A DNA stretch of 64,000 nucleotides, from the NCBI GenBank assembly GCA_964469265.1, contig CAYXYF010000004.1, forward strand, positions 35,958 through 99,957. Direction: 5' to 3'. Shown here in pieces: positions 18,713-28,595 of the stretch. Numbering within the stretch: the stretch's first letter is position 1; the number at the start of each line of letters is the position of its first letter. The position numbers were made by a program, and so were the translations under genes. The notes under the pieces were generated by a model that saw nothing but the letters and a program-made list of their open reading frames with translations, was not told the DNA's origin and did no database searches. Source of the stretch: an uncultured Bdellovibrionales bacterium. Its GTDB lineage: Bacteria > Bdellovibrionota > Bdellovibrionia > Bdellovibrionales > JAEYZS01.

Positions 18713-19734
18713 GACTCTTTACCTCCAGCTGGCCTGCGTGAAAACTTCCTCTTAATATCTGATAGAATTTCAGGCAACTCGCGTTGGCCAAATATTCCAT
18801 TCGGACGAGTTAACATAAATATAATAAGAAGAAACGCATAGATAATCATTCGAAGATCGGCGCCAGTTAACTCTTTCAAATCACGGAGCCCTTCCTTCAG
18901 AGCGGTTAAGAAGACTGCTGAGAAAATTGATCCTGTGATACTGCCCATACCGCCCAGAACAACCATAATAATGAGTTCAAAGCTTCTGTTAAAGTCAAAG
19001 GTTTGTGGGTTCAGGTAACGTAGGTAATGCCCAAAGAGAGCGCCAGCAATACCCGCAAAGAATGCACCGATGACAAAGGCTTGGACTTTGGTTTTTGTCG
19101 TGTCAACGCCCATGGATTCTGCGGCAATCTCGTCTTCACGGACGGACATAAAAGCTCTTCCAGGAGCGGAGTTAATGAGCTTCCATATTGTGAAGGTTGT
19201 AATGATAGCGACGGTATAGACCCATGCAAATGAACTCAGTTGCGGAATGTTCGCGAGACCTCGCGCTCCACCGATGACGTTAAGGTTTAAGATAACCACA
19301 CGAATAATTTCACCAAAACCTAGTGTAACGATGGCAAGATAGTCACCGCGAAGTCTGAGTGATGGCAAACCAACGATGTATCCGATGAGTGCAGCACCTA
19401 AACCTGCGCAAATCATAACTCCCACAAAAAGAAATTGCGAAATCACGGGGTGCGCAACAAGTTCTGGGGGAAGTAACATAAAAATATACGCAGAGAGATA
19501 GCCGCCGACAGACATAAAGCCTGCGTGGCCCATAGAGAACTGGCCAGTAAATCCATTAATAAGGTTTAAGCTCACAGCAAGGGTGATGTTGATTCCAGCG
19601 TACATGATGACGGTGAAAATATAAGGATCAACGATGTCTTTAATAAAATAGTTTAGAACCCAAACGGCGACAAGTGCGCCAACCCAGTACATGTGAGAAT
19701 GAGCACGTGATTTTTTAAGCTGACTTAAATCCAT
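18709..19734 (-). CDS. livM: Branched-chain amino acid ABC transporter permease LivM
   Basis: Polytopic membrane protein with [16 protein letters not shown], typical of LivM/BraE. Confidence 0.85.
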   Translation of the reverse strand: MDLSQLKKSRAHSHMYWVGALVAVWVLNYFIKDIVDPYIFTVIMYAGINITLAVSLNLINGFTGQFSMGHAGFMSVGGYLSAYIFMLLPPELVAHPVISQFLFVGVMICAGLGAALIGYIVGLPSLRLRGDYLAIVTLGFGEIIRVVILNLNVIGGARGLANIPQLSSFAWVYTVAIITTFTIWKLINSAPGRAFMSVREDEIAAESMGVDTTKTKVQAFVIGAFFAGIAGALFGHYLRYLNPQTFDFNRSFELIIMVVLGGMGSITGSIFSAVFLTALKEGLRDLKELTGADLRMIIYAFLLIIFMLTRPNGIFGQRELPEILSDIKRKFSRRPAGGKES

Positions 19735-20646
19735 CTACACCTTCTCCGTGCGTTTAGATCCAAACAACCCAGTAGGTCTATATAGCAGAATCAAGATCAT
19801 AAGAATAAATGCCAGAGCATCTCTAAACGTCGGAGCCCAGTAGCCCACAACAAATGCTTCTGCCATACCTAAAACAAGCGCACCCACGACGGCGCCAACA
19901 ATGTTTCCGATACCACCAATAACTGCAGCAATAAACGCCTTCAGACCTGGCATCATACCCATAAGAGGTTCGATCTTAGGATATACTAGGCCCACGAGAA
20001 CCCCTGCAGCACCAGCTAACGCTGATCCAAGCATAAACGTGTAGGAGATCACTCTGTTTGTCGGAATACCCATAAGGCTTGCGTTTTCATGACTGAAACT
20101 TACGGCTCTCATGGCTCTTCCAAGTCTTGTTTTAAAGATAATGTATTGAAGCGCAAGCATAAGAACTAAAGAAATCCCAAGAACAATAACTTGAAGCGGA
20201 TTTATCTTAAGATTACCGAAGCTCCAGATTCCGCCTTCAGTTGTTGATTTGTAGAGTTCTGGAAAAAACTGTGGAGATGAACCAAATACCAATTGCCCTG
20301 AATACTGTAAGAATAAAGACACGCCGACTGCAGTGATCAAAATGTTAATACGAGGCGAACTCCGCAGTGGTTTATAGGCAAGTCTTTCAATCAGGAAACC
20401 TAGAATCGCACATCCGATCATTGCTAAGGATAGTGCAATAAAAAGTGAACTAAGAGACGGGTTTTCCGCGAGGTTTAAGTAACGAGCAGAGTACATTCCG
20501 ATAAACGCTCCCACCATGTAGACTTCACCGTGAGCAAAGTTGATGAGCTGAAGAATGCCAAAGACCATCGTGTAGCCGATGGCAATCAGTGCGTAAATGC
20601 TTCCTAAGGAGAGACCGTTAATCAGATGCTGAAAAAACTCGATCAT
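19735..20646 (-). CDS. livH: Branched-chain amino acid ABC transporter permease LivH
   Basis: N-terminus LINGLSLGSIYALIAIGYTMVFGILQLINFAHGE is typical of LivH/BraD. Confidence 0.88.
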   Translation of the reverse strand: MIEFFQHLINGLSLGSIYALIAIGYTMVFGILQLINFAHGEVYMVGAFIGMYSARYLNLAENPSLSSLFIALSLAMIGCAILGFLIERLAYKPLRSSPRINILITAVGVSLFLQYSGQLVFGSSPQFFPELYKSTTEGGIWSFGNLKINPLQVIVLGISLVLMLALQYIIFKTRLGRAMRAVSFSHENASLMGIPTNRVISYTFMLGSALAGAAGVLVGLVYPKIEPLMGMMPGLKAFIAAVIGGIGNIVGAVVGALVLGMAEAFVVGYWAPTFRDALAFILMILILLYRPTGLFGSKRTEKV

Positions 20647-20680
20647 ATGATTTCCTTTCGGTATTTAGTACTAAAATGGA

Positions 20681-21853
20681 TTAAGGATTAATCGTAGAGT
20701 GGTACTTAAACCCGTCTTCAGCGACGCGAAGTACTACTGCTGATTTAACAGCATCACGGTTCTCATTAATCGTAATTTTTCCTGTTACACCTTGGAAATC
20801 TACAGTTTTTGCAATCTGATCGCGGATTTCTGCGGTCGTAAGTTCTGGCGAACTTCTTTCCATCGCTTCAAAAAGAACTTTAGCAGCGTCGTATCCCATT
20901 GCCGCTAAGCCATCTGGAATAACTTTGTATTCCGTTCTGTATTTTTGAATGAACTCTTGAACATGCGGGGATTTATCTTCGTGGGAATAGTGATTAGAGA
21001 AGTATGATCCGACGATAGATTTACCACCAATTTCAGTTAACTTAGGAGAATCCCATCCGTCACCACCAAGAAGCGGAACTGTAAGCCCAAGCTCCTTTGC
21101 TTGACGAGCAATAAGGCCAACCTCGGTATAGTAACCTGGTACGAAAACGGCCTCAGGCTTTTGAGTGCGGATTGCAGTAAGTTGTGCTTTAAAGTCGACA
21201 TCACCTGCAGAATAACTTTGGTCAACGACGATTTCCCCACCACCTTTTTTGAAAGTTTCAGCAAAGAAGTTTGCAAGTCCAACGCTATAATCGTTTCTAA
21301 CGTCTCTTAAGATCGCAACTTTTTTAACTTTAAGGGAATCTAAAGCAAATCTTGCCATAACTTGACCTTGAAAGGGATCAATAAAGCAAACTCTGAAAAC
21401 ATGATCACCCAATTGAGTCACTTGAGGGTTTGTTGATGAAGGAGTCACCATTGGAATTTTGTATTGTTGTGCGATGGGCGCCATTGCGATACTTCTTGAT
21501 GAAGCGACTTCACCTAAAATGGCAACGACTTTACTCTGTGTGATAAGTTTTGTGACTGCGGTTGCCGCTTCTTCTGGCTTACCTTGATCGTCCATAGTGA
21601 TTAATTCGATCTTCTTGCCGTGAATTCCGCCCTTTTCGTTTTGTTCTCTAACAGCAAGCTCAATTCCGTTGTGAGTACTTGTTCCGAAAGTAGCCTCACT
21701 GCCTGTTAGGGAGCCAACTTCACCAATTTTGATTGTGCTGCCTTCAACCTTAGTTGCAGCCCCACTTGATGAAGATCCGTCGCCTTCTTTTTTACATCCA
21801 GAAATTACCATTGCTACCGCTGCTGCGGAGATTAATAAGTGTTTCAGAACCAT
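20681..21853 (-). CDS. Branched-chain amino acid ABC transporter substrate-binding lipoprotein (LivJ/K family)
   Basis: Lipobox VISGC. A type I periplasmic binding fold pattern (IKIGEVGSLTGSEATFG...). First gene of the liv operon. Confidence 0.8.
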   Translation of the reverse strand: MVLKHLLISAAAVAMVISGCKKEGDGSSSSGAATKVEGSTIKIGEVGSLTGSEATFGTSTHNGIELAVREQNEKGGIHGKKIELITMDDQGKPEEAATAVTKLITQSKVVAILGEVASSRSIAMAPIAQQYKIPMVTPSSTNPQVTQLGDHVFRVCFIDPFQGQVMARFALDSLKVKKVAILRDVRNDYSVGLANFFAETFKKGGGEIVVDQSYSAGDVDFKAQLTAIRTQKPEAVFVPGYYTEVGLIARQAKELGLTVPLLGGDGWDSPKLTEIGGKSIVGSYFSNHYSHEDKSPHVQEFIQKYRTEYKVIPDGLAAMGYDAAKVLFEAMERSSPELTTAEIRDQIAKTVDFQGVTGKITINENRDAVKSAVVLRVAEDGFKYHSTINP

Positions 21854-22003
21854 AGCCCACGCTCCCTCTTTTATATGGATAAAGATTTGATTTCATGAAT
21901 GAAAAATCAAAGGCGGATTATGGTTATAGCTATGGCTAAATGTCAATGTTAAGGCAGTTTTTAAAAGAGGATAATGGCAATATTGCGTAGCGCCAACAGT
22001 GGC

Positions 22004-22996
22004 TTATACCGAAGGTGGAACAAATTTTCTTACCTTCTGGAATATGGTCCCGAAAAGATTTTCATTCTTCTCATTAAGCATTTCAATTTTTACGGTATCG
22101 CCTTCGCGCATAAACGGAGTAACCGCTTTTCCAGTCTCAATGGTTTCGATCATACGCTTCTCGGCAAGGCAGCTGCTTCCCTTTGATGGGTCCTCATTTG
22201 CCACAGTGCCGCTTCCGACAATCGTGCCTGCGCCTAAATCGCGCGTTGCCGCGATATGTTCAATGATCTGGTAAAATGAGAAGTACATTTCCCTGGCGTT
22301 AGGATTGCCAAAAAACTGTCCATTGTATTCTGTGTTTAAAGGAAGATGGATGCGTCCGTCCTTCCATGCACTGCCGAGCTCATCGGGTGTAATGGCAAAG
22401 GGTGCAAAACTTGATGATGGCTTTGATTGGTAAAAGCCAAAGCCACGTTTGAGCTCATTTGGAATCAGTCCACGCAATGAAACATCATTTAAAATAACGA
22501 TAAGTTTAATGTGTTTATGGACATTTTCCTTTTTAGTTCCCATGGGTACAAAGTCTGTGATGACTCCAACTTCACTTTCAAAATCTAAACCGTAGGACTC
22601 TTCCACGAGTGGAATGTCTTCTCTTGGCGAGAGAAACGTATCACTGCCACCTTGGTAAACAAGGGGAACTTCGTAGACATCTTCTGGAAGAGGAGCGTTT
22701 CGGGCTTGTCGTACAAGTTTAATGTGATGGATGAATGCTGAGCCATCGACCCAATGGAAGGAGCGTGGAAGCGGTGAATGAAAGTCTTCTTCATTGACGT
22801 CAAAGGCGCCAGTCGCTTTGTCTGCATTAAGGTCATTATAAACTTTTTCAAGCTTCGGAGCTGAGATGTCCCAAGTTTCAATAGCCTCTCGAAGAGACGG
22901 AACAATGTTGTCCACTCTCACAGCTTTCTTATTATTTCGAGAAATAACTACGGGAATACCATCTAATTTTTTATCTTTTAATGATCCAAGCTTCAT
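22004..22996 (-). CDS. Fumarylacetoacetate hydrolase (FAH) family protein
   Basis: 330 aa. The C-terminal FAH-fold pattern is ...GTIVGSGTVAN...GDTVKIEM. Divergent from a maiA-containing operon. Confidence 0.7.
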   Translation of the reverse strand: MKLGSLKDKKLDGIPVVISRNNKKAVRVDNIVPSLREAIETWDISAPKLEKVYNDLNADKATGAFDVNEEDFHSPLPRSFHWVDGSAFIHHIKLVRQARNAPLPEDVYEVPLVYQGGSDTFLSPREDIPLVEESYGLDFESEVGVITDFVPMGTKKENVHKHIKLIVILNDVSLRGLIPNELKRGFGFYQSKPSSSFAPFAITPDELGSAWKDGRIHLPLNTEYNGQFFGNPNAREMYFSFYQIIEHIAATRDLGAGTIVGSGTVANEDPSKGSSCLAEKRMIETIETGKAVTPFMREGDTVKIEMLNEKNENLFGTIFQKVRKFVPPSV

Positions 22997-23010
22997 ATTT
23001 TGTTTCTAGC

Positions 23011-23820
23011 ATGGTATTTAAGCTTATGCAAACGGCACAATCTATTTTGCAAATTAATAGCGTCTTTGAAAAGCTCAAGTGGGTGGAAGAAAGTTGTCAT
23101 AGAGCTTTAACAAAGCGGATTGATCATGTTCCGAACCTTCCTGCTCGTGACATTGAAGTCCTTAATGTGAAGTTTCATCCTCCTAAAAAAGGCCTTTCTT
23201 ATAATGAAGGACAAGCGCGCCTATTGCACGACCTTGCAAATATAGAACTTCAAGCTATGGAGTTAGGGTTAAGAACCTTGATTGAGTTTCCAGATGCGCC
23301 CAAGCTTTTTAAAGAGCAGCTAGCAGAGATCACTATGGAAGAGGCTAGCCATTTGAAGCTTTGTTTGGACGGTATTGAGCGCCTTGGCTTTAAGTGGGGA
23401 GACTGGCCCGTTCATAATGCACTTTGGTGTGCGACCGCGGAAGACGACTCAATACTAGATCGAGTTCTCATCGTTCACAGATACCTCGAGGGCAGTGGCA
23501 TAGATGCAGGTGATTCGATTATGCGTAAGCTCTCTAGTGTTCATACGCCCATCGTTGACCCTATTATTTCTAGGATCTTTGAAGACGAGTTTGAGCACGT
23601 TCGGTTCGGTTCGTACTGGTATAAAGAAATCTGCAAAAACTTAGAGATTGATCCTGACTGGGATTTTAAAGAGCGCCTAAATAAAGTTGCTCATAAAATT
23701 CCTAACCGCTTAGAGAGAATTAGAGAAGAGCTTAGAAAAAAAGCTGGATTTGACGATGCCGAAGTGAAAGTATTAGTTGAGTTTCAAAATCGCCAAAAGG
23801 CCTTCATCAAAAAGCGGTGA
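23011..23820 (+). CDS. DUF455-like ferritin-fold di-iron protein
   Basis: Two ExxH motifs on predicted helices (MEEASHL and EDEFEHV) plus IELQAMELG and YLEGSGIDAG, the DUF455 pattern. The start is uncertain (23011 or 23026); the track start at 22981 would overlap the divergent FAH gene. Confidence 0.6.
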   Translation: MVFKLMQTAQSILQINSVFEKLKWVEESCHRALTKRIDHVPNLPARDIEVLNVKFHPPKKGLSYNEGQARLLHDLANIELQAMELGLRTLIEFPDAPKLFKEQLAEITMEEASHLKLCLDGIERLGFKWGDWPVHNALWCATAEDDSILDRVLIVHRYLEGSGIDAGDSIMRKLSSVHTPIVDPIISRIFEDEFEHVRFGSYWYKEICKNLEIDPDWDFKERLNKVAHKIPNRLERIREELRKKAGFDDAEVKVLVEFQNRQKAFIKKR

Positions 23821-23843
23821 ACGAAAAGATAGAGAGAGAAAAA

Positions 23844-24497
23844 ATGAAACCAATACTTTATTCTTATTTTAGAAGCTCAGCTTCTTATCGAGTTCGAATT
23901 GCGCTCCACTTTAAAGAGATCGATTTTGAATACCAAGCAGTACACCTTTTAAAAGATGGTGGTCAGCAAAATGCTCTCAACTATAAAGCTATAAACCCTA
24001 TGGGGCAGGTTCCAGCCCTTGTGGATGGAATGAATGTCATCTCACAGAGTATGGCTATAATTTCTTACCTTGATTCAAAATGGCCACAAATCTCTTTAAT
24101 ATCAAAAGACCTTGCTACAAAAACTCAGCAGATTGAATTCTGTGAAATAATTAACTCAGGAGTACAGCCCCTTGTGAACTTAAGTGTTCGTCAGAAATTG
24201 CAAAAAGATTTTAATGCAACAGACGAGCAGGTGAGAGAGTGGTGCCAAACATTTATGAAGAAAGGTTTAGAAGCTTGCGAAAAGAAGCTTGCAAAACATG
24301 CTGGAGATTATTGCTTTGGTAACAAAGTTAGCATTGCTGATGTGTTCTTAGTTCCAGCAGTATTTGGTGCTTTGGGACAAGGGCTTTCGCTTGATGGGTA
24401 TCCTGTCACTAAAAAAGTTTACGAAAATCTAAAAAATATAGAGGCGTTTAAGAAAGCACATCCGCAAAACCAGCCTGACTCTCCAATGGATAATTAA
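23844..24497 (+). CDS. maiA: Maleylacetoacetate isomerase (zeta-class GST)
   Basis: LYSYFRSSASYRVRIAL carries the zeta-GST SSxxxRVRIAL catalytic motif, plus INPMGQVPALV. Start set at ATG 23844. Confidence 0.85.
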   Translation: MKPILYSYFRSSASYRVRIALHFKEIDFEYQAVHLLKDGGQQNALNYKAINPMGQVPALVDGMNVISQSMAIISYLDSKWPQISLISKDLATKTQQIEFCEIINSGVQPLVNLSVRQKLQKDFNATDEQVREWCQTFMKKGLEACEKKLAKHAGDYCFGNKVSIADVFLVPAVFGALGQGLSLDGYPVTKKVYENLKNIEAFKKAHPQNQPDSPMDN

Positions 24498-24498
24498 A

Positions 24499-25530
24499 AT
24501 GGCAAAAAACTTTGCAAGCGATAACAATTCGGCTGCGCTTCCTGAAATGTTAAAATCTATTGAGCGTGTTAATGTGGACCACGTACATGCCTACGGGGGC
24601 GATGAGTATACAGCTTCTGCTGTAAAAAAGTTTAAAGAGTTTTTTGGAAACGATATCGATGTCCACTTTGTATTTAATGGAACAGCGGCAAACGTGTTAG
24701 CAATTAAAGCTTTTTTAAAACCTTATGAGGCAGTTTTATGTGCTGAGACATCGCATCTTCACATGGATGAGTGTGGCGCTCCTGAAGCCTTAACAGGTTG
24801 TAAGCTAAGATTGCTTCCTTCAAAAGATGGAAAAATAAAAATTGAAGATTTGGAAAAACAGTACGTGCGAATGGGAGATCAACATTACTCTCAGCCTAAA
24901 ATGATATCTATAACTCAGCCTACGGAATACGGAACCGTCTATTCAGTTGAGGAAATGAGAGCGATTAGTAGATGGGCCAAAGACCACGATATGTTTTTTC
25001 ATGTAGACGGATCAAGGTTTCCCAATGCGGCTGTGAGTTTGGGAAAATCGTTTAAAGAAATCAGCAAAGATGTCGGAGTTGATGTTTTGTCTTTTGGTGG
25101 AACAAAGAACGGCTTGTTGCTGGGTGAAGCAGTTATATTTTTTAATACCGAGTTTTCAAAAGATTTTAAATACTACCGCAAACAACTTCTGCAACTTGCT
25201 GGTAAAATGCGCTTTATCTCATGCCAATTTGAAGAGTATTTATCAAACGACCTATGGAAGAGAACCGCTGAACATTCTATTGCCATGGCAAAGATTTTAA
25301 GATCAAAACTTTCTGAAATTCCAAAAGTAGAAATCACGCAGAAAACCGAAAGCAATGTTGTTTTTGCAAAGTTCCCGAGAGATTGGGTAAAGCCACTCAA
25401 AGAAAAATATTTCTTCTATGTTTGGGATGAAAACACCTATGAAGTCCGCCTTATGACAACCTTTGATACCACAGAAGAGCAAATTAACGACTTCGTCGCG
25501 GTCGCTAGAGAACTTTCGAAAAAGTCATGA
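24499..25530 (+). CDS. ltaE: Low-specificity L-threonine aldolase
   Basis: FASDNNS...GTAANVLA...FGGTKNG (PLP-lysine motif), typical of the threonine aldolase / beta-eliminating lyase family. Confidence 0.75.
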   Translation: MAKNFASDNNSAALPEMLKSIERVNVDHVHAYGGDEYTASAVKKFKEFFGNDIDVHFVFNGTAANVLAIKAFLKPYEAVLCAETSHLHMDECGAPEALTGCKLRLLPSKDGKIKIEDLEKQYVRMGDQHYSQPKMISITQPTEYGTVYSVEEMRAISRWAKDHDMFFHVDGSRFPNAAVSLGKSFKEISKDVGVDVLSFGGTKNGLLLGEAVIFFNTEFSKDFKYYRKQLLQLAGKMRFISCQFEEYLSNDLWKRTAEHSIAMAKILRSKLSEIPKVEITQKTESNVVFAKFPRDWVKPLKEKYFFYVWDENTYEVRLMTTFDTTEEQINDFVAVARELSKKS

Positions 25531-25559
25531 ATTGCAACCGCCCCTATCTGGCTTGAGAA

Positions 25560-28442
25560 TTATGCTTGCGTTTGTTGGCCGAAGAAATCATCGCATGTGC
25601 AAATGAGGTTTCTATCGCCAGCGACGTTATCGACTCTCGAAACTGCTGGCCAAAACTTTGCTTTCTTTGTCCATGCTGTTGGGAAGGCGGCTTGATCTCT
25701 GGAGTAAGGTTTATCCCAGCTATCACTTGCAACTTCTACAGCAATGTGAGGTGCGTTCTTAAGCACATTGTTGTCCCGGTCAGTCTTTCCGTTTTTGACA
25801 TCTTGAATCTCATTATAGATTGAAATCATTGCTTCACAGAAGCGATCTAATTCAACTTTAGACTCAGACTCTGTCGGCTCAATCATAAGCGTCCCAGCGA
25901 CTGGAAATGACATCGTTGGCGCATGGTAACCGTAGTCCATCAAGCGTTTTGCTACGTCTTCCACAGAGATTCCTGTCTCGTCTTTGATCGGTCTTAAATC
26001 CACAATACATTCGTGGGCAACAAAATCGTTTTTGCCTTTGTAAAGAACTGGGAAATAAGGATTAAGTTTATCGGCAATGTAGTTCGCATTAAGGATCGCG
26101 ATTTGAGTTGCTTTGAGCAATCCTTGTGGTCCCATCATCTGAATGTACATCCAAGAGATAGGAAGGATGCTAGGGCTTCCCCAAGGGGCTGCCGAGACTG
26201 CAGAGATTCCTCTTTCGCCACCCATTTTAACAAGTGAGTGTGAAGGAAGATACGGTGCTAAATGTTTTTTCACTCCAATTGGTCCCATGCCTGGTCCACC
26301 GCCGCCGTGTGGGATACAGAATGTTTTGTGTAAGTTTAAATGACAAACATCAGCCCCAACTCTTCCTGGCGAAGTCAGTCCCACCATAGCGTTCATGTTG
26401 GCGCCGTCCAAATAGACTTGGCCGCCGTGTCCATGGACGACTTCACAGATTTCTAAAATGGTTTCTTCAAAAACTCCGTGAGTGGAAGGATAAGTGACCA
26501 TAATAGCGCCAAGATTTTCTCGATGCTGCTCGGCCTTAGCTTTTAAATCTGCAACGTCGATATTTCCATTTTCATCACAAGCTACACCCACAACCTTAAA
26601 ACCAGCCAGCACCGCGCTTGCAGGGTTTGTCCCGTGGGCAGAGACAGGGATTAAGCAGATATTTCTGTGAGCTTGGTTGTTGTCTTCAAAATACTTTTTA
26701 ATAACAAGTAAGCCTGCGTACTCGCCTTGTGATCCAGCGTTTGGCTGAAGTGAGGTGGCATCAAAACCTGAGATCACAGAAAGAGCGTTTTCTAATTGGG
26801 TAAACATCTCTTGGTAGCCCAACGTTTGATCAAGCGGTGCATAGGGATGAAGGCTTGCAACTTCTGGCCATGTCAATGGTGCCATCTCTGAGGTCGCATT
26901 GAGCTTCATTGTGCATGAGCCGAGGGGAATCATGGAGACCGTTAATGAAAGGTCTTTATCTTGTAGTCGCTTCATGTAACGTAACATTTCTGTTTCTGAG
27001 TGAAACTGAGAGAAAATGTCTTGTTTCATAAAGTCAGACTGTCTTGCAAAGCTCCCAATCTTAAACTTAAGATTTGAAAACTCTTTTGCAAAGTCAAACG
27101 AGCCTCCAGCGAACACGCTGTAAAGTGCGTCTAAGTCTTCGAGTTGAGTTGTTTCATCAAAAGAAATTCCCACAGACTTCTCATTAACGATGCGGAGATT
27201 GATTTTTTGGCTCAAAGCTTTTTGATGAACCGTCTTTGAATCTGTTCCAGTGAGTTCAATGGTGAGAGTATCAAAAAAGTTTGCACTTAAGACTTTATGA
27301 CCTGCCTTCTCCATAGCTTGCGCAAAAAGACATGCAAAAGTGTGAATACGTTTTGCAATTTTCTTAAGGCCTTCTGGTCCGTGATAGGTTCCATAAAACG
27401 CCGCAAGAATTCCTGGCAACGCTTGCGCTGTACAAATATTGCTCGTTGCTTTGTCTCTTCGGATATGTTGCTCGCGAGTCTGAAGAGCTAATCTGATGGC
27501 AGGGTTGTTCAGTCTATCCACAGATACGCCCACAATTCTACCTGGAATTCGTCTTTTATATTCTTCTTTTGTTGCAAAGAATGCGGCATGAGGGCCGCCG
27601 TATCCCATAGGTACGCCGAATCTCTGAGTGCTACCGACTGCAACATCTGCACCCCATTCTGATGGTGGGGTAATTAATGTGAGCGCCATGAGATCTGAGG
27701 CTGCACAGACCAAAGCTTTGTGCTCCTTAGCTTTCATCGCAAAGGCTTTGTAATCACTGATTTCTCCAAGCGTGGTTGGATATTGTAAAAGTGCGCCGAA
27801 TACTTGAGGGGAGAACTCAAAACTTTTAAAATCACCAATGATAACGTTAATACCTAGTGGTCTTGCGCGAGTTTGAACGACCTCGATATTTTGTGGATGG
27901 CAGTTTTGATCAACAAAGAATGTGTCACGATCTTTTCCTGGCGCCAAGCTTTGGGCAAAGGTCATTGCCTCAGCGCAAGCCGTTGCTTCATCAAGGAGTG
28001 AAGCGTTGGCAACTGGAAGCCCTGTTAGCTCTGCAGTGATAGTTTGGAAGTTTAAGAGAGCTTCAAGCCTCCCTTGAGAAATTTCTGCTTGGTATGGAGT
28101 GTACTGCGTATACCATGATGGATTTTCAAGTACGTTTCTTAAAATCACATTTGGAGTGATGGTGTCGTAATAACCCATACCAATGTAGTTTTTAAATACT
28201 TTGTTTTTCGACATCATAGTCTTTAACTTTTTTAGAGCGTCGAGTTCTGATAATGATGCTGAAATATCTAGAGGTTTAGTATCTAGGATATTCTTGGGAA
28301 CAGATTTTTCTACAAGCTCATTGAGCGATGAAAGTTTCAATGCTTTAAGCATTTCGCTCGTTTCTTGTTCCGATGGTCCGATATGACGGGCGATAAACTC
28401 TTGAGACGTACTGAGTTCTTTAATGTCCCTTGTGCTATTCAT
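25560..28442 (-). CDS. gcvP: Glycine dehydrogenase (decarboxylating), glycine cleavage P protein, single-chain form
   Basis: About 960 aa with [22 protein letters not shown] and the PLP-lysine region [18 protein letters not shown]. Start set at Met15 of the track ORF (RBS GGGGAA). Confidence 0.93.
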   Translation of the reverse strand: MNSTRDIKELSTSQEFIARHIGPSEQETSEMLKALKLSSLNELVEKSVPKNILDTKPLDISASLSELDALKKLKTMMSKNKVFKNYIGMGYYDTITPNVILRNVLENPSWYTQYTPYQAEISQGRLEALLNFQTITAELTGLPVANASLLDEATACAEAMTFAQSLAPGKDRDTFFVDQNCHPQNIEVVQTRARPLGINVIIGDFKSFEFSPQVFGALLQYPTTLGEISDYKAFAMKAKEHKALVCAASDLMALTLITPPSEWGADVAVGSTQRFGVPMGYGGPHAAFFATKEEYKRRIPGRIVGVSVDRLNNPAIRLALQTREQHIRRDKATSNICTAQALPGILAAFYGTYHGPEGLKKIAKRIHTFACLFAQAMEKAGHKVLSANFFDTLTIELTGTDSKTVHQKALSQKINLRIVNEKSVGISFDETTQLEDLDALYSVFAGGSFDFAKEFSNLKFKIGSFARQSDFMKQDIFSQFHSETEMLRYMKRLQDKDLSLTVSMIPLGSCTMKLNATSEMAPLTWPEVASLHPYAPLDQTLGYQEMFTQLENALSVISGFDATSLQPNAGSQGEYAGLLVIKKYFEDNNQAHRNICLIPVSAHGTNPASAVLAGFKVVGVACDENGNIDVADLKAKAEQHRENLGAIMVTYPSTHGVFEETILEICEVVHGHGGQVYLDGANMNAMVGLTSPGRVGADVCHLNLHKTFCIPHGGGGPGMGPIGVKKHLAPYLPSHSLVKMGGERGISAVSAAPWGSPSILPISWMYIQMMGPQGLLKATQIAILNANYIADKLNPYFPVLYKGKNDFVAHECIVDLRPIKDETGISVEDVAKRLMDYGYHAPTMSFPVAGTLMIEPTESESKVELDRFCEAMISIYNEIQDVKNGKTDRDNNVLKNAPHIAVEVASDSWDKPYSRDQAAFPTAWTKKAKFWPAVSRVDNVAGDRNLICTCDDFFGQQTQA

Positions 28443-28541
28443 TGTATTCCCCAGATTAGAGTGTTTGTTATGTTGAATTTCCATGCGGGCAGCCTAGCAC
28501 GCACGCCATCAATAAAGCGAGTGGCTACACGCAGCGCCAAA

Positions 28542-28595
28542 GGTACAAACTTCCCTTTTGTTTCGCACGTGCGAAACAAAAGGGAAGTTAGTACC
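28542..28595 (-). terminator. 54-nt near-perfect palindrome (27-nt arms, one A:A mismatch) between the radical SAM gene and gcvP; probable terminator or processing hairpin
   Basis: GGTACAAACTTCCCTTTTGTTTCGCAC|GTGCGAAACAAAAGGGAAGTTAGTACC. I paired it base by base and found 26 of 27 pairs. It begins on the stop codon (28595-28597) of the upstream gene. Only TTT follows on the minus strand. Confidence 0.5.

Noticed and set aside
28443-28484. The longer N-terminal extensions offered by the ORF track: gcvP from 28484, folD from 3053, phoU from 13827, ogt from 16670, maiA from 23817, rlmN from 40625, and the tadE-like gene from 2196.
   Set aside because: The internal ATG starts align with the conserved N-termini of the families and have better RBS placement. 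The extensions overlap upstream genes or add non-conserved residues.
28443-28541. Possible glycine riboswitch in the gcvP leader.
   Set aside because: The leader is only about 100 nt and lacks the conserved GGAGA / ACCGAAGG blocks. The only strong structure nearby is the 54-nt palindrome, reported separately.
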